IMG/VR virus record: IMGVR_UViG_3300031997_000001
Location: 62,001 to 126,000 of that record
Length of the DNA stretch: 64,000 nt
Reading direction: 5' to 3' (one strand)
The notes beneath the pieces are model-generated. The model was not told the DNA's origin. It did no database searches and was given only the letters and a program-made list of their open reading frames with translations. Of this stretch, positions 47,992 through 57,860 are shown piece after piece (within the stretch, counting starts at the first letter, position 1; each line of letters begins with the position of its first letter). The translations under genes were made by a program, and so were the position numbers.

Positions 47992-48941
47992 AACCAGGGG
48001 CGCTTCCTTTTGAGGCCGAACGATTCGTGCTCGCAGAGCCAACTCATTATTTTTGTAGCATTCGCGCATCCACTTATGTTCAAGTAATATATACTTTGTT
48101 TTACCAAGGATTTCTTGGTTATCTTAAAACCCGCCTGGCGTAGGATGTACAAGAATTTTACCAAAATAGCCTTATATCGGCAGCACCACATCATCTTATA
48201 CGCAACTTTTGTTTTTTTTCTGTGCGCCCGATAACAGGAACCATCTCCGTCCAAATAACCGCGCAAGAAATCGTTCTTGAACGGAATCTTTCCGATGGGA
48301 ATAGCATTGCCGGCTTTTATCTGCAAGAAACCATGCTTTATGAGATCGGTACAGATTTGTATGGATCCCATGCGCAACATCGCAGTCTTTGTATTCTTTT
48401 TGAAAGGGGTATCATATTCATAAAATCCTATTTTATTCGACGATTTGAGATCATATTGGAGAGCCTCAAGAATGCATTTGTCTTTTAATGCCAAGTGGAT
48501 AGACAGATGCCTGCGCTTGCTCACTCCTGCCGGAATGCTCCCATCTGCACAAAGAAATCCAAACCAATAGCATTTCCTGGGAGTATCCAAATCTTTAAAG
48601 AAAGTAACATTGGCAGTTTTCCTTGCTGGCGGATTTCGCAATTTTATTCCGATTTTGCACAATCTTTCTCTCAACGTTGTGTCATCAACGCCAAAAGAGC
48701 TGGAGATTCTACCAAGGCTTTCACCTCGTTTATAGCGTCGCGCCGCTTCCAGCACGTCTTTTGGTTTTAATTTGCTGATCTGCAGATAGATGTCTCGTCT
48801 TGGGATTCTTTCTCTCTGCAGGAGCCTGTAGACTCCAGCTATTGAACAGTGCATCGCTTTTGCGGTTCTTGGTCCGGTTAAACCTCCTACATAGAGACTT
48901 ATTATCTTCTGTTTTTCTTCTGGCGAAAAGGGTGCTACCAT
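47976..48941 (-). mobile_element. Free-standing LAGLIDADG homing endonuclease with N-terminal HTH repeats
   Basis: YWFGFLCADGS and FLRGYLDGDGS motifs; AT-rich. Confidence 0.9.
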
Positions 48942-49002
48942 AAATCATCCCTTGTATTTTTGATCAATAATACATAGACATAAGCACACTGTACGATTTT
49001 GT

Positions 49003-50673
49003 TTAGGTGCTCCCCGGTGGCGGCGTCGTCGGACAAGGCAGGACGCGGAACACGCGGACGACGACTGAGTCGATTGGCGTGCCATTGATGACTGGCACGT
49101 TCGCGCGGAGCATGATCTGGCCGGCAGCCGTCAGAGTCAGGGACACGGCCTTTCCGTTGAACGGTGCCCTGTCGTAGGCCGCTTCGACCTCCGGGTTGGA
49201 CTTGCAGGCGACCGAGGCGGCCGGGAATTTCGTCGTCACGCCGCCAGCCACGATTTCCAGTGCAGGCCCGACGAACCGGCCGGACCCAGAAATGACGTTG
49301 AAGTACCCTATGATGTTGCCGTTTATGTCCCTCTGGGCGACTGTTATGACCGTATTGCCAGTCGGATCGTAGTAGGAGCCATCTACGTAAGAGATGATAT
49401 AGCCGCCGGGCGCCATCGTCGAAGATCCGACCGGCTGGTCAGTCACATAGATGGCTGGACTGCTATATCCGGCGCCGGCGGGCACCGTGAACCTGCCAAC
49501 CTCAAACCCGACAGAGTCTTCACAGAAGTCGCCACCGAAGATCTCACCTGCCAGAGGCATCGGGTTCCCCTGCTGGTCCCCCGTCTCGAGGCAGTCAGCT
49601 GGCGTCCAGCCGAGGCACGTCTCGACGGGCAGGTTCCATTCCGCTTCGGATAGCTTGCAGGCGAGCTCGTTGAGGGCGTCGCGGGCCATGGCGTCCTTCG
49701 CCAGGATGAATTCCTTGACCTTCTGAGAATAGTCCAGATCGATCTGGGTCAGCCGTGCGCGATAGTCCGCGACGACGAGGTCAAGAAACTTGCTAAGCTT
49801 GACGGCGTTGATTTGCGTCGACACGGTCCCGTCAGGCTTGAACCCTTGCGGGTAAGCCACCATGGTCAGGTCCGTTTCGGACGTATCCGTTGGCGGCTTC
49901 TGGATCGAGTATTCGAAGCCGCGGGTGAAGGCGATGGCCCTGTCCACCTGCGTGGTGATTAGTTGCGTCGCGGGCGTGTTAGAATCCGGGGCCCGCACAC
50001 GCGCCTTGGTAACGGCAAGCTTCCCAGCGTTCTGGTCCACTTCCACGGCAGTGACCGCGGAATCGTAGACGTCGTCTACGTCGACGATCTCGATGCCCGC
50101 AAACTTGACGGCTCCAGCAGCGTCCTTCCCCGGGTCGCCTGTGTCGCCCTGCGGACCGTCGCCGGTCCCATCCTTGCCGGAATCGCCTCTGTCGCCAGTC
50201 TCGCCCTTCGGGCCCTTAGCCGTCGTGGTCTGGATGCAGAGGGTCTTTAGGAATTCCTCGCTCAGCTCCATCGTAATGGCGGGATACGTAGCCGACGGGT
50301 TCGTGCAGGGGACGCACTTGCCCGTGATCGGATTCCCCGCCTGATCCTGGCACCCGATGTCCAGGGAGTCGCTTGTCAGATTGACCTTGTCGCGGAGGAG
50401 GCCGTCCGGATTCGTCGACGACAGCATCGATAGGAACGGCTTAACGACGATGTTGAAGGCACCGCCGTGCTCCGGGATCTTGTCCAGCATCTGCTTGAAG
50501 GCGGCGGTGAGCAGGCCGGTGGTCACGTCGTCGGCCATAGGCAGGTTGTCGACCGGTCCGATCTTGACCCAGCACAGGAGCTCTGCATCGTATTCCCAGA
50601 GCGTCCTCGACGAGTCCACGAGATTCTGGCCGTCGAAGGGCGTGTAGATGTCTACGATATTTGGGTCTTGCAT
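49003..50673 (-). CDS. Putative virion structural protein with a short collagen-like segment
   Basis: GPKGETGDRGDSGKDG..GPQGDTGDPGKD; colinear similarity to 45355..47991; GTAAATAG upstream. Confidence 0.8.
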   Translation of the reverse strand: MQDPNIVDIYTPFDGQNLVDSSRTLWEYDAELLCWVKIGPVDNLPMADDVTTGLLTAAFKQMLDKIPEHGGAFNIVVKPFLSMLSSTNPDGLLRDKVNLTSDSLDIGCQDQAGNPITGKCVPCTNPSATYPAITMELSEEFLKTLCIQTTTAKGPKGETGDRGDSGKDGTGDGPQGDTGDPGKDAAGAVKFAGIEIVDVDDVYDSAVTAVEVDQNAGKLAVTKARVRAPDSNTPATQLITTQVDRAIAFTRGFEYSIQKPPTDTSETDLTMVAYPQGFKPDGTVSTQINAVKLSKFLDLVVADYRARLTQIDLDYSQKVKEFILAKDAMARDALNELACKLSEAEWNLPVETCLGWTPADCLETGDQQGNPMPLAGEIFGGDFCEDSVGFEVGRFTVPAGAGYSSPAIYVTDQPVGSSTMAPGGYIISYVDGSYYDPTGNTVITVAQRDINGNIIGYFNVISGSGRFVGPALEIVAGGVTTKFPAASVACKSNPEVEAAYDRAPFNGKAVSLTLTAAGQIMLRANVPVINGTPIDSVVVRVFRVLPCPTTPPPGST

Positions 50674-50681
50674 AGGATATC

Positions 50682-50689
50682 CTATTTAC
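50682..50689 (-). promoter_or_regulatory. GTAAATAG promoter-like motif
   Basis: 8 nt upstream of ATG 50673. Confidence 0.6.
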
Positions 50690-50733
50690 GCGTCCTCTTT
50701 CTATATTTCACTGACGACGATAAAAGATACGAC

Positions 50734-50967
50734 ATGGCGCACGTCGCACCAAAAGGAGATTACCGAAAGAGGGGTGCCTGGTGTTGCGTCCTGGACGAGG
50801 AGACCGGCGGGAAGATAGTCCGACTTCGATGTCCTGTTTGCTGTACAGTCATATCACTGAACTGCTACGTCATCCACCCGAGCGGCCTTGTAATGGCACC
50901 AGTGGAATGCACGTTCGAAGGGTGCCACTTCTTTGAGAACGTAATCCTGGAGGACTGGGAGGACTAG
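50734..50967 (+). CDS. Small Cys-rich zinc-binding protein (DUF6527-like)
   Basis: Start moved to MAHVAPK; LRCPVC..VIHPSGLV..VEC..GCHF resembles 36805..37140. Confidence 0.6.
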   Translation: MAHVAPKGDYRKRGAWCCVLDEETGGKIVRLRCPVCCTVISLNCYVIHPSGLVMAPVECTFEGCHFFENVILEDWED

Positions 50968-51209
50968 AGCTTCTTGACCTTGGGTTCCTGACCCTTGCGG
51001 TGGATCCTGCTGGGGACGAGAGAATCCGTGGCGAAGGCAGGCGACGCGCCTTCGACGAATTGGCTGATGTCGCCCTTGGGCGGCGGCTTGATGCCGGATC
51101 CGACTCCCGGCTTATCGTGCTTCTGGAGGACGAGCTTCTCAGTGGCTGAGTACTCCTTCGATCCGCCAAGGACCAGGTCCTTGTCTTCCAGCAGGCGGGA
51201 AAGCTTCAT
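50964..51209 (-). CDS. Small hypothetical protein, possible head-internal protein
   Basis: MKLSRLLED N-terminus. Confidence 0.65.
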   Translation of the reverse strand: MKLSRLLEDKDLVLGGSKEYSATEKLVLQKHDKPGVGSGIKPPPKGDISQFVEGASPAFATDSLVPSRIHRKGQEPKVKKL

Positions 51210-51586
51210 GTTCTTGCCTTCTTCATAAGGAGTGGAATGATTTCTTTTATTAGGGCTTGTTCCAGCGCGTTAAGGTCGTATTTCCCGCCAAGGTTCATGT
51301 CTGTAGAGCGAAGTTCGAAAGTGTCGTTCGGATTTTGCAAGATGCTTACGGTCTTATAGTTTCCAGACCTCTGACCATTGACCAAGGGGAAGATTGCCAC
51401 CTCACTCCCTTTTAGGCGCACCTCAAAGTCTTTTTGACTTCCAAATGCCCGCTTTATGCTTGTAGACAATTTTTCGATTACGGGTCCAGGAAGATCTCTT
51501 GACGGGCCGATTTGCCTGGCGGGAGGCAAGGCAACCTGCTGGCCAGGCTGAAATGCTTCGTCAAGCTTTTGCTCAAAATCAGACAT
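51206..51586 (-). CDS. Hypothetical protein
   Basis: Start moved to MSDFEQKLDEAF, just after the upstream stop. Confidence 0.7.
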   Translation of the reverse strand: MSDFEQKLDEAFQPGQQVALPPARQIGPSRDLPGPVIEKLSTSIKRAFGSQKDFEVRLKGSEVAIFPLVNGQRSGNYKTVSILQNPNDTFELRSTDMNLGGKYDLNALEQALIKEIIPLLMKKART

Positions 51587-51590
51587 ATTA

Positions 51591-53354
51591 TTATCCGATC
51601 CAAACACCAGGATCACTCCCTACAATAACAAAGACTTTTATTCTAGTGCCATCGAACCAAGTGTCGCCAAACTGGGGTGGCCGGCCCAGCAGGGCTGTCA
51701 GCCTCGGAAGGATATCCGTGTCGTAAGTGTGGACGGTCCCGGCCGAGTTGATGATGAGCGTAATGAGCGGTCTGACCAGCCCTCCCTTAAATCCGTACCG
51801 GTTGATGTCCGGATTATCCCGGATGGCCGGAGGAAGCGGGCTAGTTGCAGCGGAGAAGTCGACCTGGTCGCCGAGTCCGGAATCCTTCTCGGTTACGAAC
51901 CGGTTGGTGTCGGATGGGACGATGGGCGTCTCTCGCCTGGCCGAAGTGCTCTTGAGGGCCGCGTATTGCCCGTCATCCGGGATGTTCCGAGGGCTGCGGC
52001 TGACGGCCAGGGCGCTGATATGCGTGGATTCGTCGGTGTAGATCGCCGCAGGCGGCACGTCCACGATCGGGATGAAGGCGTCGAAGAAGTCCTCGATCTC
52101 GGAGGTGGAGCCGCCCCACTTGTCAGAGAGGACGGCGTGCCCGCGACCGAATCCCTGCATAGCCAGGTTCGCCGAGCCGCCTGAGATCATCAACAGGTTT
52201 TCGATCGCCGCGATCTCGACGACCATTCCCGGCGTTCCGCTCCGAGAAAGCGTCATCTCGGCGAACTCGATGGGGACGGTAGACATCTGATCCAGGGTGA
52301 TGTTGAACGTGGCGAAAATGAACTTGATGGTATTCGCCGCTCCGTCCACCCGCTCGATGCGGTTGACCCAGATGGGGCAGTAGGCGCCTGTCGTGTCGCC
52401 TGTCGGCTGGTCGCTGACCGGCACGCAGATATCGAACTCGGAGAAGATGGCCTTCGGAATCGTGATGGGCGAGGACGCCGGAGTCGTGCTCTGCCGGGAA
52501 GCTCCGAGCCTGAACGGATAGTTGAACGATTCCAGCCAGATGTTCGGGTCGGAGTCCAGGACCGGGATCAGGTTGTAGGCGCTTGCGGTCAGGAGCCCGG
52601 TCCCGTGCGCGAAGTTCGACGCGCTGTAGGATTGCTCGTCCGTGCTCCCGCCTGGCGCGCCGCCGTCCACGAGGGAAAGGACCATCTCCCCGCTGCTGCC
52701 GGAGCCACCACCAAAGGGGAGGGCATCATACATCCCGCGGACTGTCGGGTCCGTGTCGTCCAGCGACCGGAATTCGATGAACCCGTCGATGGTGGAAGTC
52801 TCGGATGCAGCCACGGTGATGGGCTCTTCGCCCGTCGCCGGAACGATGATCCGAGAGATCTGGTAGTCCAGGGTGGAGTCGATCGTGAAGTCCGCGCGGA
52901 AGACGGCCACTTCCGTGATCGAGCCCTTGATCTGGGCGGTGAAGATCAAGCGGAGGACGCCCGAATATCCGCCAGTACTCCCGCCATTAGCGCCGCTAAG
53001 CCTCTTGATTCTGGCAAGCCGGACATATTCCCACTTCTGTGGCAGGGATGCATGCAGGTCCCAGATCCAGGCGGCTGGCAATTCGAGGTGACCAAGGGAC
53101 CCGGCATCCAGCTTCGGCACGATCAGGAAGGGGAATAGGTAGTTGTGGCTCATTCGGAGGCCGACGTTATCGACGGCCTTGGCTACGATCAGAAGCTGGA
53201 CGTCCAGATCCGCTGTCGGGCGGTTCTGGACCTCGAAATAAACCGGGTCCGCATTCGTGATCCAACGGATGTTGAAGGTGCTGTCCGTCGTCAGCCTGTT
53301 GAAGAGGCTGCCGGCCGGAATGAACGGGATGACACTAGGCGAAATGTTGGGCAT
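51591..53354 (-). CDS. Putative virion structural protein (587 aa)
   Basis: Long ORF with strong codon bias, Ser/Thr/Gly/Pro-rich composition, and structural-gene context. Confidence 0.7.
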   Translation of the reverse strand: MPNISPSVIPFIPAGSLFNRLTTDSTFNIRWITNADPVYFEVQNRPTADLDVQLLIVAKAVDNVGLRMSHNYLFPFLIVPKLDAGSLGHLELPAAWIWDLHASLPQKWEYVRLARIKRLSGANGGSTGGYSGVLRLIFTAQIKGSITEVAVFRADFTIDSTLDYQISRIIVPATGEEPITVAASETSTIDGFIEFRSLDDTDPTVRGMYDALPFGGGSGSSGEMVLSLVDGGAPGGSTDEQSYSASNFAHGTGLLTASAYNLIPVLDSDPNIWLESFNYPFRLGASRQSTTPASSPITIPKAIFSEFDICVPVSDQPTGDTTGAYCPIWVNRIERVDGAANTIKFIFATFNITLDQMSTVPIEFAEMTLSRSGTPGMVVEIAAIENLLMISGGSANLAMQGFGRGHAVLSDKWGGSTSEIEDFFDAFIPIVDVPPAAIYTDESTHISALAVSRSPRNIPDDGQYAALKSTSARRETPIVPSDTNRFVTEKDSGLGDQVDFSAATSPLPPAIRDNPDINRYGFKGGLVRPLITLIINSAGTVHTYDTDILPRLTALLGRPPQFGDTWFDGTRIKVFVIVGSDPGVWIG

Positions 53355-53423
53355 CGGGTTGCCTCTCTAAGCAGTGCCTGTCTCTTCTATTATTTTCGCG
53401 TAGGCGTCGTCCGTCGCACGCCC

Positions 53424-54254
53424 CTATATACACCTCTTGTACTTCGCCATGATCGCTTCCAGCACGTCATCTGGGGAATATCCGCTGGACTTGGCAAAGT
53501 CCTTGAGCCGGTCCAGGACGTCATCGTTCCCTTCTGCGAGGCTCCGGTTTATGAAGTCGATGGCCTCAGTCCGCGACATCTTCTGAGGCTCCTGGTTTTC
53601 AAAGGATTCCGGATCTGACTGGAAGGACTCCATAAAGAGCTTGTATTGCTCTTCTGCGACATAGGCGACGAAGTCGTCGACCACGGACCTGGGAACCTGC
53701 TTGGTGGCAGGTTTCGCGGCAGCCTTGGCGAGCGCATCCTTGATCTCTTCCTCGCCTATTCCGCAGATCTTGGACAACATTTGGGAGTGGTCGGAATCCG
53801 AAGCGGAGACCAGAATCTTATAAGTGGCATCTTCCTCGTCGAGCTCATCAAACGCTACGGATTTGATCTTTATGTTGTCCGTGCTTCCAAGGACTGACTT
53901 TGCTGCCTCCAGGAATGCCGCCTTTGCGCTCTGCGTAGCGTTCCTGGCTTCGACGATGGCTGCCTCTTCCGGGTCGTCGTCTTCCTCGCTGAAAGAGAAC
54001 TGCAGATTTTCCAGGACGTAGCTGTAAGGGATTGCGATGCGCTTGTCGCTGAGGGCCGTCGAGAGCCTGTCAAAGAACCTGACCTTGGTCTGCGGGTTCC
54101 GTCGGGACTTCCCCGTGTCATCTATTTCCATTTCTGGAAATTCCCTTTTGACCCTCTCGATGAGCTGCTTCCTGTCTCTCATATAGAGACTCAATTCTGC
54201 CTTTGTCAGGCCTATGCACCTATCCGGATGCTTCAGGACCTTGATAAGCTTCAC
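53424..54254 (-). CDS. Hypothetical acidic protein
   Basis: Start reassigned to GTG (MKLIKVL) to avoid overlap with the divergent gene. Confidence 0.7.
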   Translation of the reverse strand: MKLIKVLKHPDRCIGLTKAELSLYMRDRKQLIERVKREFPEMEIDDTGKSRRNPQTKVRFFDRLSTALSDKRIAIPYSYVLENLQFSFSEEDDDPEEAAIVEARNATQSAKAAFLEAAKSVLGSTDNIKIKSVAFDELDEEDATYKILVSASDSDHSQMLSKICGIGEEEIKDALAKAAAKPATKQVPRSVVDDFVAYVAEEQYKLFMESFQSDPESFENQEPQKMSRTEAIDFINRSLAEGNDDVLDRLKDFAKSSGYSPDDVLEAIMAKYKRCI

Positions 54255-54294
54255 ATTGGTAATTTTGCAGCCGTATCGCGCCCAAAAATATTCA

Positions 54295-55803
54295 ATGATG
54301 GATGACAAACAAAAAGACATCCCGGTCGGCTTGCCCAGCAAGGAACCCGGAATAGATCCCCGGCTCCTCAACGTGTTCCACAAGCTTCGCGAGATCTGCA
54401 GGAAGCTCGGCATCGTAAACGACGAAGGGCGTCCCGACATCGACTTCGGTTCCGATGAAAAGGATGTCCAGATCTATATTCTGGGCCACGAACACGACGA
54501 AAAGATAGATAAGGTAAAGCAGGAACTGGAGCCCGTCGTCAGGGACAACAGGCTCCATCTGGACGTCGACAGCAACCAGCGGAAGGGTACTCTCTACAAA
54601 TTTACCCTGGCGTCCCTGGAGGCTAGGCCTCCCACCAAGGCAGAGAAGGAGTTGGCGGAGAACGACATGACACAGATCCAGGAAAGTCAGTATCAGTGGC
54701 CGGGCCGCGTGCACCTCGTCCCGACAACCGTCCTCCGGAAAGGAGTCCGGAATCCCATCCGGGTGACTGAGGACGTCGGCCGCCTGTCCGACATTGACGA
54801 CCTGTTTGACGAGCTCATCAAGGCAGCAAGACAGCAGGACGTAGAGCAGATCAACAGAGTCGGGTCGATGATGAAGCGCCTGGCTGAAGGAAGCGAGGCG
54901 CTGTCCAAGGTCATCATCGATGCCGTGAACTGTGCCGCCTATTTCGACGTCAACGACGTCGGCTACGCCTACGACAGGTTCCGGAAGGTCTTCTTCACGA
55001 AGCCCCTCGAGTCTCCGCTCTCCCGATTTACTGCAGGGAAGGATCAGGCGGTCGTCGTATCAGAACAGCTGGAAATCGAGAGCGAGCGGGGGACTTACGT
55101 CGTGCCGGCAGGGACCGTCGGCAGCGTCCAAAAGCCCGGCCGGCTCATGACGATCGCCTTCGAAGTGGACGGCAGCAAGCTCTTCGCGGACTTTTCGCCC
55201 GCTCTTGCTGGTAAATATCTGCGGCCCGTCTCGAGCAGGTTGGTTCACAGGCTGGATAGGCTACTCCTGTCAGAAGGGACTTCGGATCAGAAATATCCAG
55301 CGCATCAGCTCATCGGGTGGGCGGAGTTTGATAAGGCTGAAGAAATCGGACTTGATCCTGGCGAGCTGGAGCAAGTCCAATCCAAGATTCCGGCGCCGCG
55401 CGGGTTAGATGACCTGATCCTCCCGAAGGATCTGTTAGAGAAAATGGAGAAGATGCGGACAGAGGACCCCACAAGGTTTCAGTTGTGCAGGGTCCTCCTA
55501 ATCCTGTACGCGCTCAGCATGAAGTATTCCTCGGATGGCGAGCCCAATATCTGGGGCGCTATCATGGCCGCTGAGGACATCCTTCCCAAGACTAAGACCA
55601 GTGGGGGTCGCGGAGGAAGCTCCAACGAAGCCTATGTGGAAGCGCGAAACATGCTCGTGAGCATCTTCGAGAAGGCAATCGGACAACGCCTTTCTAGGGA
55701 TTCAGAAGAGAGAAAGGCTTTCCTGGAGAGCTGGCCTGGGACAGGCGGCAAGGAAGTAAAGACTCCGCTCAAGGGCCATCTCTTTCTGCCGTCTACTGAC
55801 TGA
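54295..55803 (+). CDS. Hypothetical protein (about 502 aa)
   Basis: Start MMDDKQKD; strong codon bias. Confidence 0.75.
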   Translation: MMDDKQKDIPVGLPSKEPGIDPRLLNVFHKLREICRKLGIVNDEGRPDIDFGSDEKDVQIYILGHEHDEKIDKVKQELEPVVRDNRLHLDVDSNQRKGTLYKFTLASLEARPPTKAEKELAENDMTQIQESQYQWPGRVHLVPTTVLRKGVRNPIRVTEDVGRLSDIDDLFDELIKAARQQDVEQINRVGSMMKRLAEGSEALSKVIIDAVNCAAYFDVNDVGYAYDRFRKVFFTKPLESPLSRFTAGKDQAVVVSEQLEIESERGTYVVPAGTVGSVQKPGRLMTIAFEVDGSKLFADFSPALAGKYLRPVSSRLVHRLDRLLLSEGTSDQKYPAHQLIGWAEFDKAEEIGLDPGELEQVQSKIPAPRGLDDLILPKDLLEKMEKMRTEDPTRFQLCRVLLILYALSMKYSSDGEPNIWGAIMAAEDILPKTKTSGGRGGSSNEAYVEARNMLVSIFEKAIGQRLSRDSEERKAFLESWPGTGGKEVKTPLKGHLFLPSTD

Positions 55804-55811
55804 GGAAAACC

Positions 55812-56279
55812 ATGCAATCTCACCAGATGACCAGCGTGCAGCGAAGGGCCGTTGCGAAGTCCCTTATGGAGCAGACCATCACGTCTGACGTCCTGAGGGA
55901 CTGGATCGAGAAGCTGCGGGAAGCCTTCGACAGGACGATGCTTTATAAGAACTTCGTCGAGGGCCTCGCGGTGGAAGCCCTTGAAGAGTACATCATAGAG
56001 CACCCGGAAGACAGGGATCGGGCCACGGCTATCCGCGAGCCTATCAAGGAGCTCGTTGCTCAGGCACAGATCGTCAACAAGCTCCTGATCGACATCGACC
56101 AGAAGATCGGAAGGCCCTCGTCCGCGGAGAAGGCGTCCACCGAGGCTGGTGGAGGTCAGGTTCCTGTGGATTCAGAGGTGCCTGAGATCCCAGCAGCTGG
56201 AGCTGAGGAAGGCGAGGCCGTAGCGGAGCCAGAGGCTGAGGAACCCGAAGCCGAGGAAGAAGCTGAAGAGGAAACTTAG
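55812..56279 (+). CDS. Hypothetical protein with Glu-rich C-terminal tail
   Basis: Helical N-terminus; ends AEEGEAVAEPEAEEPEAEEEAEEET. Confidence 0.75.
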   Translation: MQSHQMTSVQRRAVAKSLMEQTITSDVLRDWIEKLREAFDRTMLYKNFVEGLAVEALEEYIIEHPEDRDRATAIREPIKELVAQAQIVNKLLIDIDQKIGRPSSAEKASTEAGGGQVPVDSEVPEIPAAGAEEGEAVAEPEAEEPEAEEEAEEET

Positions 56280-56291
56280 TATCTCACCTTC

Positions 56292-57857
56292 ATGCTAAGT
56301 GCAAAACAGAATACAAGACTTCAACCTTATTTATGTCAAATCTCAGACGATTTAGTCGATGCTAAAAAGTCTGATTCCGTTCATATCTGTTGTAAGAGTT
56401 GCGGATCAGCAAATCTTGTTAAAATAGATAGTATTCTAGTTAGGTCGCGACAGAATGGTGGATTATTTGAATGCAAGAAATGCCGATGTAATAATCCGGT
56501 TTTTAAAAACAAATTGTCAAGTCTGATAAAAGATCGATGGCGATCAGGCACTTACAAATCTGACGTTGCCCTAAGAAGATCAGCTTGCCTCAAGCCTGTG
56601 CTCTCTGAGCGTTCAAGATTGCTTTGGCGTAGGCCAGGATTCAGAGACAAGGTTGTATCGTCCATTGATCGTACCAAAATCGCAAATGGCACTAAACTTG
56701 CCATGGTCTCAAAAAAGGCGGGTATATCCCTCCACAGTAGGGAGATGTGGGGTAAGCCTGGGCACCGACAAAAGATGGCAAATCTTGCTGTAGAGCGATG
56801 GCAGAATGAGTCATATAGGAACAAGACGCTTGTTGCGATGAGAGATCCATCCAGCAGAGCTAAGATAAGCGAATCTGCAAAGAGAAGCTGGCAAAATATC
56901 AACTATAGACAACAACGGGCAGAATTCAATTCCAGGATTCCAAGGACTTCGTCAATTCAGGAAACGCTTTATTCTACATTGGACGATCTTAAAATCCAGC
57001 ATTTTAGAGAATACAAAGACAAACCTTCTGATCCACAATGCGTCATAGGGCCTTATACGTTCGATTGTGTGATCCCGAGAAGCGGACGACCAACACTTCT
57101 AATAGAATGTCAAGGGGAATATTGGCATAGGCTTGAGAACAATAGGGAACGAGACGAGAGGAAAGCAGCCTATATAAACAACAACTTCTCGGGGCTCTAC
57201 GAGATTAAGTATCTGTGGGAGCATGAGTTTCAAAACGTCGGCAAAATCACAGAAGCGCTAAAATATTGGTTGAATCTTCATAAAATCGAATTAATAGGGT
57301 TTAATTTTTCTGAAGTAAGCGTCAGAAAATGCCAGGCCCATGAATGCGACATGCTGCTTGCAAAATATCACTATCTAGCAGGACCCGGTCGCTACGGCAT
57401 TATGTTTGGGGCGTTTTTAAAAGACGAACTTATTGGTTGTTGCATCTTCTCACCCACACTCCGACAGAATATCGACACGCTGGGCTTTAATGCCGAAGAA
57501 GTCCGAGAATTATCCAGGCTTTGTATTCATCCACGGTATCAGAAATATAATTTCGCATCCTGGCTTATAAGTCAATCGCTTAAGCAACTGGATAAGAAAT
57601 ACAAACTTATCATAGCATATTCTGACACGACGTTTAATCATTTAGGTTCGGTCTACAAAGCCAGCAACTTCACCAAAGACAAAACCATAAGGCCTGACTA
57701 TTGGTATGTAGATGCAAACGGTTGGGTTATGCACAAGAAAACTCTGTATAATTCAGCGAAAAAGATACGGATGGCAGAATCAGAATACGCCCGACTCCAC
57801 GGATATTCCAAGGTATTTGGGAAAGAGAAATTTAGGTACGTCTTCAAAAGGGCCTAG
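56292..57857 (+). mobile_element. Endonuclease-like gene: NUMOD3-like repeats plus a DUF559/Vsr-like PD-(D/E)xK domain plus a C-terminal Mom/Hef-like GNAT domain
   Basis: AKISESAKRSW-type repeats; PYTFDC..LLIECQGEYWH..RDERK; YHYLAG..ELSRLCI..IIAYSD..GSVYKASNF..PDYWY; AT-rich. Confidence 0.75.
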
Positions 57858-57860
57858 AAC

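Noticed and set aside
53424-54440. Apparent overlap of the divergent ORFs 53424..54440 and 54214..55803
   Set aside because: Resolved by the starts at 54254 (GTG, minus) and 54295 (ATG, plus), which leave a short AT-rich gap.
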